The notes: a model not told the origin generated them from the letters alone. A stretch of 64,000 nucleotides of DNA from Candidatus Borrarchaeum weybense (GCA_019057385.1 JAHQJS010000005.1:320799-384798), one strand, 5' to 3'; shown: positions 31,072 through 41,388, counted from the stretch's first letter. A program made the numbers and translations.

Positions 31072-31641
31072 TTATAATTCTTGAAGAACCTGTATTGATA
31101 GTTCGAGCATCTGGTCACTCGTTTCTGCTTTGATGTAAAGTTGAAGGAGTTCTTGGTTAACTGTAAGAAAATTGAGTCCCCAACTAAATTTAGAGAGAAT
31201 GTTTTTAGCTTGCTCCTCAAAGCCCAATATAAAAAGAGCAGCAGATAAGGCTTCAACTGTGCTTAACCTAATTGGTTTTCCGTAATTTGTCGGATTTGCA
31301 GCAACAAGAAAAGGTAAGGCCCTCTTTATACCACGTATTTTTTCAAAAGAGTCTGCTGTGAATTTAGCCCATGAGGCATCTATTGCTAAGATTCCATTAT
31401 GGGATGCAATTTCCAGATCCTGCTTTGAGAGGATAACCTCTGAAAAAGGGTCTAGTAGGATAGCTCGTTTAGGTATTTGAGAGAGTTTTCGAAGGTCAGT
31501 TGCAAGTCTATTTCGAGTTAATTTTTGCCCTGTACATTTCTTGGGGTCACATTGCTTAACGTGATAGACATAAAGAGGTATCAGCTTGGCGTTTCCTCCT
31601 TGATTATTCATATGGTTTTTGTAAAGCCCCATTATGTTCAC
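31072..31641 (-). CDS. tsr3: rRNA aminocarboxypropyltransferase Tsr3 (DUF367)
   Basis: QCDPKKCTG.KL, D.SW and R.LP.LVAANP.NYG.P..LST.EA. Confidence 0.95.
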   Translation of the reverse strand: MNIMGLYKNHMNNQGGNAKLIPLYVYHVKQCDPKKCTGQKLTRNRLATDLRKLSQIPKRAILLDPFSEVILSKQDLEIASHNGILAIDASWAKFTADSFEKIRGIKRALPFLVAANPTNYGKPIRLSTVEALSAALFILGFEEQAKNILSKFSWGLNFLTVNQELLQLYIKAETSDQMLELSIQVLQEL

Positions 31642-31841
31642 ATATGTAAAGAAAAATGATTTCTATTACAAGGGCTAGAACATTAGCTGAAAGATAGAAA
31701 GACTTCGCGATATTTCGCAGTATCTTCTAATTAAATTAATCAAAGATAACTTTTTCTGAAGAGAAACAAACAAATACTAGAAACAACAAATAAATGAAAG
31801 ATTTAACATCAAAAGTCTTCCTTGTTTGGATGTGATATATA

Positions 31842-32084
31842 ATGCCTATGGCTTTTATTTTAATAAACTCTGAGATCGGCGCTGAAGAAGCCGTATTAAA
31901 TGCGTTACATGATTTAGAACCGGGCGTTGATGAAGCCTATATTGTCTATGGTGTGTACGATATCATCGCAAAAATACGAGAGGAAACGATGGAGAAGTTA
32001 AAAGAACTTATTACTTGGAAGATAAGACGCTTGGACAAAGTCCGCAGTACCTTGACCATGATTATCGTCGAAAAGGTCGAATAA
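31842..32084 (+). CDS. Stand-alone Lrp/AsnC ligand-binding (RAM) domain protein
   Basis: AFILIN...G.E, VYGVYDIIAKI and IR....VRSTLTMI. Confidence 0.9.
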   Translation: MPMAFILINSEIGAEEAVLNALHDLEPGVDEAYIVYGVYDIIAKIREETMEKLKELITWKIRRLDKVRSTLTMIIVEKVE

Positions 32085-32117
32085 ACTTCCCTCAATCTAT
32101 CTTTTTCTTAATTTTCG

Positions 32118-32441
32118 CTATTTACTCTCTTCTTTTCGTCTCGATCTTATATGCCATAGTTCCTTTAATTCTTCAAAGGTAAAATTTTTTGGTGGTAGAA
32201 TCACGTCTGCTGATTGCAATCCTCTGATCTTAACGGTTTTACCATTTCTAGCAATAAAATTGATAAGCTCGTCATACATCTGAAAAGATTCTTCCTCGCA
32301 GCCACCGTTGTTAGTAGCAAAGAAAAAGGCGAGGCTTTCTTCAAATTCGTTGATTTTCTTAATGACTCTTTTTTCTCGACTCTTGTCAATAAAAATAAGG
32401 TATTCTCCTGCAATCTTAATAATCACTTTAGATGACCTCAA
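32118..32441 (-). CDS. Hypothetical protein
   Basis: 107-aa ORF. Confidence 0.5.
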   Translation of the reverse strand: MRSSKVIIKIAGEYLIFIDKSREKRVIKKINEFEESLAFFFATNNGGCEEESFQMYDELINFIARNGKTVKIRGLQSADVILPPKNFTFEELKELWHIRSRRKEESK

Positions 32442-32624
32442 ATATATAGAACCTTTTTATAGGATCTCATGAGGATAAAAGCAAGCCTTAAAATAGTTTT
32501 TATATAGGACAAATAGTTAGCATCGCTATATTTAAATATTCACTATCTAAATGAAAATAAGAGCTTAAGAATTAAGCGCCTTTTAATAATCTCCTGAGAT
32601 TTGGATTTCCCTCCTTGATTTTGT

Positions 32625-32731
32625 AGCGGGGTGGGGTAGACAGGAGATCCCGCGGGGCTCATAACCCCGAGATCGGTGGTTCAAATCTATGGGATAACGC
32701 CTATAGAGGATAAATCCATCCCCCGCTACCA
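32625..32731 (+). tRNA. Initiator tRNA-Met(CAT) with a 29-nt T-loop intron (32685-32713, 58/59)
   Basis: A1-T72, GGG/CCC anticodon stem, CAT anticodon; BHB GTTC/GGAT. Confidence 0.92.
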
Positions 32732-32756
32732 TTTTTACATTCTTTCTTTAGGGTTT

Positions 32757-34694
32757 TTAAATAGCGCAATACTGTCTCTTTTCAAGGTAATCTTGAAGTA
32801 CAACATCTAACAGATTCTTTTCATTTTTGAGGAAATGAGCAGAACCTTCTCCTGCGCGAGCCAGTTTCTTTGAAAACTCAATATCTACGTCTCCACCTCT
32901 TAGAATACATATAACAGAGCAACTGATTTTATTTGCTCGACAAATTTTGACTTGACGAAGTGCGGCGAGTTTGGCACGTGTCTTCTCATCTATAGTGTCT
33001 TGTTGTTTGGTAGATTTGTGGAAGTTATGCGTAGTTGGGACGCCGTCCGTGATTACGATAATGTGCTTTTCAGCATTTCTTGAGGCTGATAATAAGATTT
33101 CTCGTGCATTTTTAATACCGTCCTCTAGGTTTGTATACCCTGCTGGTCTTACTTCAGTGATCTTCTCTAATATAGGCTGAACATTATATGTGAGTTTATT
33201 GAGTTTTGTTGCAGTATTAGCGAAAATAACAACACTACTCCGATCACCATTCTTGAAGGCTGCTAATGCCAGTCCTATTGCTGCTTTACGTGCATATTGA
33301 AACTTATTATGCTCAATCATGGATGAACTTCTGTCTAAGGCTAATACAACGTCCATACAACCAAGAGGTCGTCGTTCTTTTATTCGAATATCTTCTCTTT
33401 GAATTTTTTCTGGATGTCTTCGTTTCGTTATCACTTCTCTCATGGTTCTTCGCAGTGAGATATCGCGAAATCTGTCTTCACATTCATATTTTCTTATATC
33501 GACGATATCTTCTCCATCTATCGATTTTCCAGAACGGGTCTTATGTTTACCTTTCATAAGAGCACATTCTACCTCTGACAGGATATCTTCGTAAAGTATG
33601 GCGTATCCTTTATCTGTTATCCTAATTTTAGAGTGTTCTTCCTCAATAAGCTCTTGCTCAGTCAAATTTTTGAGGATATTAATGAGCGCGTCATAAGCGG
33701 CATACTTATGATCATCTCTTTGTAAATCGATAGCAACTCCAAGGTTCTCTCGCAATAATTCTTTAAGATAATCCAGAAGAGACGCATCCGCATGTTTAAG
33801 CAGATTTTGAAACGAAGCTCCTCTTGAAGAAGCGTCCTGTGCATTTTGGATTGACCTAAGCGCGTCCTTAATCATGTTCCTTGAGATTTGTTTTGAGGTT
33901 GATCCTTGAGAACTCCCTTTTTTTGATGGAATGGTTTGGCTGTGTGATACTGATTTCTTTGTTTTAGAGCCTCGCATTAAATCTTCGGCTTTGTCTGTAA
34001 ACTCGAATTCTGTTCCTAATTCTGGCTTGTGTTTTTGAATTGGTTGACCTTTCAACAGTTCTTCTTTTTCTAAATAGTTAGGTATGCTGTATAAGAGTCG
34101 TAACATTTCCATAGTAGGATTTTGTGTCGTCTTATCGACTTGTCTTTTCATTCGCCTAAAGAAATCTGAAAGTGCAGGGAATTGTTTTTTGAGGTCTTCT
34201 GGATCGATGTTCATTAGATTGGACAAATCTTGCTGTGTTAATTTATCTTTAAATCCAACGGATTTCTTATGGTCTAATTGGCGGTAAAATTCCTCCTTAC
34301 GCCTGGTAAACTCCTGTAATTCTTTCATAATATTTCCCATTTGCCCTTCGTTAAGCGGTAGTGTTGGAGTGCAGATTGAAGGGCTTTTTATATGGTTCTT
34401 TGCCGTTTCCTTACTAAAAAGTGCCTCGATTATTTCTACAATTAGTTCATCAGGCGTTCTCAAGGATTTCATTTGAATTCGATGCGCTAGAGTAATTAAC
34501 GCAGCCTCTATTATGTGTTCTTTGGTCATTTCCTGCCTTAAAATAGCATAACTCCTCAAAACGTCAAGAAAAGCTAAAACGCCCCTACTTGAAGGTCCTT
34601 TTGCGACTTCAGGATGAGTTCGAATCCCCTCAGCGATTTTAGCGAGTAATCCCGGTAAGTCATGGCTGAAGGTAAGGGCGTGTGTCGTCATCAC
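32757..34694 (-). CDS. VWA-domain protein with N-terminal AAA lid (chelatase ChlD-like partner)
   Basis: GPSSRG...LAHRI lid; MIDAS DRSSS, GYTN and ITDG. Confidence 0.85.
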   Translation of the reverse strand: MMTTHALTFSHDLPGLLAKIAEGIRTHPEVAKGPSSRGVLAFLDVLRSYAILRQEMTKEHIIEAALITLAHRIQMKSLRTPDELIVEIIEALFSKETAKNHIKSPSICTPTLPLNEGQMGNIMKELQEFTRRKEEFYRQLDHKKSVGFKDKLTQQDLSNLMNIDPEDLKKQFPALSDFFRRMKRQVDKTTQNPTMEMLRLLYSIPNYLEKEELLKGQPIQKHKPELGTEFEFTDKAEDLMRGSKTKKSVSHSQTIPSKKGSSQGSTSKQISRNMIKDALRSIQNAQDASSRGASFQNLLKHADASLLDYLKELLRENLGVAIDLQRDDHKYAAYDALINILKNLTEQELIEEEHSKIRITDKGYAILYEDILSEVECALMKGKHKTRSGKSIDGEDIVDIRKYECEDRFRDISLRRTMREVITKRRHPEKIQREDIRIKERRPLGCMDVVLALDRSSSMIEHNKFQYARKAAIGLALAAFKNGDRSSVVIFANTATKLNKLTYNVQPILEKITEVRPAGYTNLEDGIKNAREILLSASRNAEKHIIVITDGVPTTHNFHKSTKQQDTIDEKTRAKLAALRQVKICRANKISCSVICILRGGDVDIEFSKKLARAGEGSAHFLKNEKNLLDVVLQDYLEKRQYCAI

Positions 34695-34702
34695 ATTTCC
34701 TT

Positions 34703-35710
34703 CTAATTATTATTAAGAACGCTGTCAACTAAGGAATGGATGTATTCAACAGGATGTTCAAAATAAGGGCTCTCAGGAGCTAATGCAACGCGTCCGCGCA
34801 AAGCAACACGTGCGGCTTTTCTTATATCATCTACAGAAACTGTTGAATCCTTACGTAATGTAGTAAAACTTTGGCTTAAGTTCCACGTGGAGAGAGTAGC
34901 TCGAACACTGGCTGCATTTTCAATGTCTTTGTCAGTACGAGTCCTTTGGATGATTTCCACAATCTCTTGTGCTAATTTAAGCGGGATTTCTTTGTCAGTT
35001 TTAACTCCATATCGCTGAACAATTTCCAATTCTTCTTCAGCAGTTGGATAGGTGATTTTTACTCTTTCAAGTCTGTCCTTTAAGGCTTCCGAAATCCGTT
35101 CTACACCAGTGTATTCTGCAGGATTCATTGTAGCAATCAAAATAGTATCAATATCAAATTCAACATCAAAGTTACCAATTGTTATCACATGTTCCTGAAG
35201 GACTTGTAAGAGTGTATTTTGTAAGCGTTCAGAAAGACGGTTTATTTCGTCAATAAAAAGAATTTTCCGGTTAGCTTTGATAATTTTACCTGGTTTAAAG
35301 GCTCTAGGGTCGAAAGGCCCAAATTTAAAGGCCACTACGGGATCAATATCTCCAATTAAGTCCTCAGCAGTGAGTTCAGGTGATCCTTGAACTCTAACAA
35401 ATCTTTTGGAACCTGGTATAGTAATAATAGGGGCATCTTTCTGAGCAGTTTTACATTGGGGGCACTCTGGGCTATCAGGAAGACAGTTAAAACCGCAATC
35501 ACGGACTTTCATATCTGGTAATCTGCTAGCAAGTTCTTTTGCAATAAGAGTTTTTCCAGAACCAACAGGTCCCTCAAGAAGTAAATGTCGTCCGGAATGA
35601 AGAACCGCTAATATCTGCTCCTTTATATCCTCCGGACCTATCCATGCGTCAATAAGTTTTGTTCCTTTCTGCTCAATTAGCTCTTTTAGTTCATTTCTCA
35701 AAGAATTCAT
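34703..35710 (-). CDS. MoxR/ChlI-like AAA+ ATPase
   Basis: GPVGSGKT, LFIDEINR, ATMNP and ALKDRL. Confidence 0.9.
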   Translation of the reverse strand: MNSLRNELKELIEQKGTKLIDAWIGPEDIKEQILAVLHSGRHLLLEGPVGSGKTLIAKELASRLPDMKVRDCGFNCLPDSPECPQCKTAQKDAPIITIPGSKRFVRVQGSPELTAEDLIGDIDPVVAFKFGPFDPRAFKPGKIIKANRKILFIDEINRLSERLQNTLLQVLQEHVITIGNFDVEFDIDTILIATMNPAEYTGVERISEALKDRLERVKITYPTAEEELEIVQRYGVKTDKEIPLKLAQEIVEIIQRTRTDKDIENAASVRATLSTWNLSQSFTTLRKDSTVSVDDIRKAARVALRGRVALAPESPYFEHPVEYIHSLVDSVLNNN

Positions 35711-35901
35711 GGCTTTCCATCCACTTTTTAACTTCTATTCTCCTAATCACGTTATCTGGGCATGTCCAACTTTAATAACATTTTCGAAGATGCAATAAGG
35801 TAGCAGAATTTAGTCAGAATTCATATCGAAGATATAATTTATAGTAACCATAATCTTTATCATCACCTAAAACGACCAAATCATTTTGTTTATCACTCAT
35901 T

Positions 35902-36384
35902 GTGGTGAAGAACATGGATCTAGATCAAATTAGAGAACGCACCCAATCGGCCTATGATTTCGTGTCCTCTCTTGAACTATTCAAGTACGTTTACGACAAT
36001 TACCAACTAAACCAAGAGGTTATAACTGAACTTAAAAAATACGTTAATGATTATACTGTAGTTTTATTTGCTGCAAGTTGGTGTCGAGATAGTAGGGCTG
36101 GTGTTCCTGTATTTGCCCTTTTGGAAACTGAGATAGGACTAGAAGTTAGAGTTTTTGGAGGAATGGAGACGGCACCATTTGACCAAGATCATACGTGGAC
36201 AATTCCGCCGTCACCCCCTGAAGCAGAAGAGTGGGGGGTCACTGCAATTCCGTGGATAGTGGTTTTCTTGAGAGATAATTCTAAAAACGGACAAGAAGTT
36301 GGAAAAATCGTCGAAAGGCCGCAATGGGGGATGACGATGGAAGAAGAACTTCTAGAAATTATCAAAAATGCGCAGGCTGGATAA
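35902..36384 (+). CDS. Thioredoxin-like protein (CxxS)
   Basis: WCRDS...VP, V.AIP and G.IVERP. Confidence 0.75.
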   Translation: MVKNMDLDQIRERTQSAYDFVSSLELFKYVYDNYQLNQEVITELKKYVNDYTVVLFAASWCRDSRAGVPVFALLETEIGLEVRVFGGMETAPFDQDHTWTIPPSPPEAEEWGVTAIPWIVVFLRDNSKNGQEVGKIVERPQWGMTMEEELLEIIKNAQAG

Positions 36385-36398
36385 ATCTTTAACTTTTT

Positions 36399-37373
36399 TT
36401 ACATTGTCTCTTCAAAAAGTTGTGAACCTTCAACCATATTCGCTAATACATTTTCTGCTTTTTCAGGAGAAATAACCTTAAGACCGCAGTCTGGATGAAT
36501 GAATTTTATATTATCGAGTCCTATTTTTTCTACTGCAGCTTCGATATGTGCTTTTACAGTTTTAGGATCGCTTAAAACAGCATTAGCGCCAGAGATACAT
36601 CCCAATCCCAGCTTCTTACCGTGATCTTCAAAGACTTTTCGTGAAATGATGTTAATATTGTCCTTTTCTATATCCCCGTCAAAGGCAAAACTTAGGGTTT
36701 CTATATTCTCAAATTTAACGAGGATGTCCTCAAAAAGGCTTTTTGTTAATCTCCCGCATACATGCATGATTGTGTTTTCTGATTTCAGTTCTGGGGTCAA
36801 GTATTCATTTATCCATTGAATAATCTCGTTACCGAATTTTCTATAGTTGATGTAGCCTGCACCAAAACCAGGTTCATCAATTTGTACGAGGACATCTCTC
36901 TTCTGGAGTTCCTCAGCTATAGGTTTCAAAGCCCTTGATACGTCTGCATAAAGCTCTACATCTATTATACTTGAATATGGGCCTAAATTACCTTTTCCAT
37001 ACGAGACCGAGGTGGTTGCACATGTGAAGCCAAAAGTGATTGGACCTGTTATCGTAATCTTAATCTTGTTGTTTGTTTCTTCTTTCTGTCTCAGATAATT
37101 CTTAACTAGTTCTAAATCGTGAAATTTAGAAAATGCGCTGAGTTCTATAGGAGGTTTGATTTCTCCAGTGATACATGATCGATTATCTTTATGTTGTAAT
37201 CCAGGAAGTACTTCACTAAAATATGCTATCATATCATACCGTTGCTCTCCTGGAGAAATGACATCAATTCCATATTTAAGTTGTAAGTCAATAATTTTCA
37301 ATATTGAACTCTCTATGTCATTTTTATCAAAATTTGGAAAACTACCAACAACGGCATGTGTTAATCGTTTCAT
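36399..37373 (-). CDS. Cobalamin-independent methionine synthase, catalytic-domain-only type, paralog 2
   Basis: VVGSFP, GEQR.DM, TGP.T, QIDEP, HVC and PDCG. Confidence 0.85.
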   Translation of the reverse strand: MKRLTHAVVGSFPNFDKNDIESSILKIIDLQLKYGIDVISPGEQRYDMIAYFSEVLPGLQHKDNRSCITGEIKPPIELSAFSKFHDLELVKNYLRQKEETNNKIKITITGPITFGFTCATTSVSYGKGNLGPYSSIIDVELYADVSRALKPIAEELQKRDVLVQIDEPGFGAGYINYRKFGNEIIQWINEYLTPELKSENTIMHVCGRLTKSLFEDILVKFENIETLSFAFDGDIEKDNINIISRKVFEDHGKKLGLGCISGANAVLSDPKTVKAHIEAAVEKIGLDNIKFIHPDCGLKVISPEKAENVLANMVEGSQLFEETM

Positions 37374-37453
37374 TAAGAATCCCTTCTTTTATTTTCTGTT
37401 AACCTGTGTATGCAGTTTAAAAAAGATTGCGGGGCTATTTTTTATTTAATTGC

Positions 37454-38407
37454 TTAATTGATGCCCTCAAAAAGTTTTGCTCCTTCAGTCATGTTCGATA
37501 ATACCATCTCTGCTTTTTCAGGAGAAAGGGCTTTAAGCCCACAATCTGGATGAATGAATTTTATATTATCAAGTCCTATTTTTTCGACCGCAGTGCCGAT
37601 GTTTGCTTTTACAGTTTCAGGATCGCTTAAAACAGCATTAGCACCCGATATACACCCCAATCCCAGCTTCTTACCGTGATCCTCCAAGACTTTGCGAGAA
37701 ATGATGTTAATATTGTCCTTTTCAATAGAGGCGTCAAAAGCAAAACTTAGGGTTCCGATATTCTCAAACTTAACAAGAATATCTTCAAAAAGGCGTTTAG
37801 GTAAGCGACCACAGACATGCATCACCGTGTTCTCTGGCTGTAGTTCTGAGGTTATCTCATTTATCCATTGAAAAAGTTCTTTTGAGAAATCTTTCCAATT
37901 GATATAACCAGCTGAAAGACCTGGCTCATCAATTTGTACTAATGCCCCAATCTTTTGAAATTCATCGGCAATAGCTTTCAAAGCGGTTGAAACGTCCGCG
38001 TAAAGTTGCAAATCTTTTACAGTTGAATATGGGCTGCCTTCTAAACCATTTAATCCACATGAGAAGCCTAAAGTGACAGGACCAGTGATTGTCAGTTTGA
38101 TTTTATTCGTTTTCCTATTTTGTTCGAAATAATTTTTAACAAATATAAAGTCCTTAATCTTCGAGAATGTGGTGAGCTCTTTCGGGGATTTGATTTTTCC
38201 AGTGACATATGAGTTGGTGCCTTCATGTTTTAATCCAGGAAGCACTTCACTAAAATATGCGATCATATCATACCGTTGTTCTCCTGGAGAAATGACATCA
38301 ATCCCATATTTAAGTTGTAAGTCAATAATTTTCAATATTGAACTCTCTATGTCGTTTTCATCAAAATTTGGAAAACTTCCAACAACGGCGTGTGTTAATC
38401 GTTTCAT
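37454..38407 (-). CDS. Cobalamin-independent methionine synthase, catalytic-domain-only type, paralog 1
   Basis: Same motifs; tandem duplicate. Confidence 0.85.
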   Translation of the reverse strand: MKRLTHAVVGSFPNFDENDIESSILKIIDLQLKYGIDVISPGEQRYDMIAYFSEVLPGLKHEGTNSYVTGKIKSPKELTTFSKIKDFIFVKNYFEQNRKTNKIKLTITGPVTLGFSCGLNGLEGSPYSTVKDLQLYADVSTALKAIADEFQKIGALVQIDEPGLSAGYINWKDFSKELFQWINEITSELQPENTVMHVCGRLPKRLFEDILVKFENIGTLSFAFDASIEKDNINIISRKVLEDHGKKLGLGCISGANAVLSDPETVKANIGTAVEKIGLDNIKFIHPDCGLKALSPEKAEMVLSNMTEGAKLFEGIN

Positions 38408-38626
38408 TAAGAATGCCTCATCCTTTGGTTATTTGTTAATTGTTTTTATATGTCGTGTAATATCACTATCAGATATAAAAATATTTATGTTTATAACCTT
38501 TGCTCATAATCAAATATTTTGGAGGCCGTACTTAAAAAAAGGCGAGAAAAAGCAGAGGAATTGGCTATAATGTTATGCCAAGTAATAAATTTATTAAGAA
38601 ATAAATAAAGAATGGATGAAACTATC

Positions 38627-38911
38627 TTATCTTTTCTTCTTGCTCTTTTTGGATTCTTCTTCTTCTACCTCATCAATGTATGAAAGAAAGTCTGAAGTCA
38701 CCTTTTCTATAAGAGCTATAGTACTATCTCCCTCAGTCTCTTTTGCGTTCTCTGTTTTTTCGTAATTAGAAAGAAACCCTTTGCTCCAATCTTCGTAATC
38801 GTCTCTACGATCTAAGTTAGAATACTCTGGAGTGTCATATCGATTGAAAACATTTTTTGACCAGCGCTTTAAAAATCTGTGAAAATCGTCATCATCACTC
38901 ATATTGCTCAC
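38627..38911 (-). CDS. Hypothetical acidic protein
   Basis: 94-aa ORF. Confidence 0.55.
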   Translation of the reverse strand: MSNMSDDDDFHRFLKRWSKNVFNRYDTPEYSNLDRRDDYEDWSKGFLSNYEKTENAKETEGDSTIALIEKVTSDFLSYIDEVEEEESKKSKKKR

Positions 38912-39067
38912 GTTTTAAATGATCAGATATTCTTTCTCATTTTCGCCTCAAATACCTTTCTTATATACTACTTCACCACAATTCTCATTACATTTATGCG
39001 ATAAAAGATTATTCTCTTTATGTTTGCAATACTCTATAATATAATTTTGAACGCAGGGTGAACTTGA

Positions 39068-39616
39068 ATGACAGAGTTATTGGAGAAAATTCCACCTGAG
39101 AAGCGTTGGGCAATAACTGCTAAGTTTCTTATTGGATTTTCCATTTTAAGAGGGTCGAAAACCGTCTTACCTCTTATGGGTAAGGAGGAAGGAATTATAG
39201 CGCCTGTTTTGGGGTTTGAAAAGTTTGAAGAGATACTTGCAAAGGTATTCTATGAAGGTGGCAGACGTATCTATCTCAATACTAAACAAATGCTCAACAT
39301 ACCTGTAAACGATGCTGCGGAAGCGGCTAAATTAGGCGCAGTCGTTGAAAATTTGATAAGCGGCCCCGAATGGAAGCGAGAATACATTGAGAAATCCCCA
39401 CAAAGAGTTGTATGCAGAATAACTAAGTGTCCGTGGTGGGAGAGATATAAGGAGCTTGAGGTAGATCCTGAACTTAGACCTTGCGACGGAGCACATGAAA
39501 TTCAGAATAGAGAAGGTCTTAAGGCAGTTAATCCCAAGATTACGTTTAAGTTCACGAAAGCAATGCCGAGAGGCGATTCTTATTGTGAGGAAGTCTTCGA
39601 ATTCAATAAAGAATAG
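39068..39616 (+). CDS. V4R/ATC-hydrolase-like domain protein (long subfamily)
   Basis: TKCPWW, C..AH and KAMPRGDSYCE. Confidence 0.8.
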   Translation: MTELLEKIPPEKRWAITAKFLIGFSILRGSKTVLPLMGKEEGIIAPVLGFEKFEEILAKVFYEGGRRIYLNTKQMLNIPVNDAAEAAKLGAVVENLISGPEWKREYIEKSPQRVVCRITKCPWWERYKELEVDPELRPCDGAHEIQNREGLKAVNPKITFKFTKAMPRGDSYCEEVFEFNKE

Positions 39617-39899
39617 ACGATTTGATAAATAGGAGTATTTCTAAGATAACTGTTCTGTGTTGAGTGTCAATCGTTAAAATTCTCAACTCAATTAAAATGC
39701 TTAGAGGATTGATAAGCATTAAAAATATTTTATTAAACTAAATATAATCGTAACTTCTTCTCCTTTTTGTTTCTTAAAACGCAATTTACTTCGATCATTT
39801 TGTTTTCTTTATTCTTTGCGTAGTTTTCCTCTATACTTGTCTTTTGTAAAGGATAACTATATATATAACTTGTCATATAGTACACAATGCATTGTCATA

Positions 39900-39939
39900 C
39901 AATGATGAATATCTTTGCTTAAATAGATATTCATCATTG
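39900..39939. repeat. Perfect 15-bp inverted repeat
   Basis: CAATGATGAATATCT-N10-AGATATTCATCATTG. Confidence 0.85.
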
Positions 39940-39963
39940 AAATCATTGACATATGACAAGGCA

Positions 39964-40070
39964 TGAGGCGAGTTCACGCCAAGTGTAAGGGTGTCATTAT
40001 CTGAAGAGCTATTTGAATGGTTCTCAAAGAATTGTGGCCCCAACGCCTCAAGCGCCGAGGAGGGGCGCTC
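39964..40070 (+). ncRNA. Candidate structured 5' leader RNA, copy A
   Basis: Multi-stem fold covarying with copy B (59705-59810, minus strand), ending in the GAGGAGG-loop hairpin. Confidence 0.6.
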
Positions 40071-40096
40071 AATAAGTACCCAGGTTAAGGAAAGGA

Positions 40097-40627
40097 GTGA
40101 ACATGATAAAAGATGAGTCTAAAGAACTATTAGAGAAAACCCCAGAAAAAACGCGTTGGGAAATAGCTACAAAAACTTACACTGGATCGGTTGCAGGCTA
40201 TGATATATTTGTTGGGCAAGCTATGGGTAAGGAAAAGTGGATAGAGCTACATGATAATCTTTGGGGTGAAGGCGGTAAGATGACGTATCCACAAATTAAA
40301 GAGGCCTTCAACATCGAAGTAAAAGATGCTCCAAGTGCAGGTACCTTGGTTGGTTTAGTTGCATTACTAGGACAGGGACCTGAATATGAATGGGAAATTA
40401 CCGAGTCAACGCCAGAAAGACAAGTCTTAAGGATAACTAAATGTCCGTGGTTCAACAGATACACAGAATTTGGCTTGAAGCCCGAGGACATGATTTGTGC
40501 TGGTGGCCATATAGCATTCGTGGGAGAGGGAATCAAGGCTGTAAATCCCAAAATAAAACACACACTTACAAAAGCAATGCCATGGGGAGATTCATACTGC
40601 GAAGGGGTCTTCGAGTTAGAAGAATAG
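40097..40627 (+). CDS. V4R/ATC-hydrolase-like domain protein (short subfamily)
   Basis: TKCPWF, C.GGH and KAMPWGDSYCE. Confidence 0.8.
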   Translation: MNMIKDESKELLEKTPEKTRWEIATKTYTGSVAGYDIFVGQAMGKEKWIELHDNLWGEGGKMTYPQIKEAFNIEVKDAPSAGTLVGLVALLGQGPEYEWEITESTPERQVLRITKCPWFNRYTEFGLKPEDMICAGGHIAFVGEGIKAVNPKIKHTLTKAMPWGDSYCEGVFELEE

Positions 40628-40692
40628 TAAGCAGTTAAATCCTGTGTGATTTTGAACCTTATATCTTCTCCATTTTTTTTTGGAAATTTCAA

Positions 40693-40712
40693 AGCGCCGA
40701 GGAGGGGCGCTC
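40693..40712 (+). promoter_or_regulatory. Conserved leader hairpin GCGCC-GAGGAGG-GGCGC
   Basis: Recurs before each cassette gene, just after a poly-T tract. Confidence 0.75.
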
Positions 40713-40745
40713 AATAAGTTCCCAACTTAAAGGAAGGATGAAAAA

Positions 40746-41267
40746 ATGTCTAAAATGTCGAAAGAGGAATTGGAAAAGATTCCAGCTGAGCAGCGATGGG
40801 CAATAGCAGGTGCAAACTTCGTTGGAGCGTATACCGCTCTAGGAATGTTTGTTCAACCTCTCTTGGGTAAAGAAAAGATGCAAGAGATAGACAACAATCT
40901 ATGGGGTGAAGGTGGTAAAATGTCATATCCGATGATCAAAGAGGCCCTCAACATACCCGTGGAGGATGCAATAGGGGGCTATAAAGTAGTCGCGGCTGTA
41001 GCAGCTATACAAGCTGGAGGCACATTCGAGGATGAAATGATTGAGGTAACACCTGAAAGAGTTGTATGGAATACAGTCAAATGTCCGTGGTGGGACACAG
41101 CTAAACAATTCGGAGAAAAACCTGAAAACATGACGTGCCCTGGTGGTCATCAAGCAATTTGTGAAGCTGGACTTAAAGCGCTTAATCCCAATTTTACCTT
41201 TAAACTCACAAAAGCAATGCCAAATGGAGATCCCGTCTGCCAAAATGTCATCGAGTTCAAAAAATAA
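40746..41267 (+). CDS. V4R/ATC-hydrolase-like domain protein (short subfamily)
   Basis: KCPWW, CPGGH and KAMPNGDPVC. Confidence 0.8.
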   Translation: MSKMSKEELEKIPAEQRWAIAGANFVGAYTALGMFVQPLLGKEKMQEIDNNLWGEGGKMSYPMIKEALNIPVEDAIGGYKVVAAVAAIQAGGTFEDEMIEVTPERVVWNTVKCPWWDTAKQFGEKPENMTCPGGHQAICEAGLKALNPNFTFKLTKAMPNGDPVCQNVIEFKK

Positions 41268-41336
41268 GCGTAAACAGCAAGTTCTTGTGCGGTCTTGAAT
41301 CTCATACTCTCAATATTTTTTTTGGAAAATGTCTAC

Positions 41337-41355
41337 GCGCCGAGGAGGGGCGCTC
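41337..41355 (+). promoter_or_regulatory. Conserved leader hairpin
   Basis: GCGCCGAGGAGGGGCGCTC. Confidence 0.75.
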
Positions 41356-41388
41356 TACAAATACCCAGGGTAAGGAGAGGAGGAAAAA

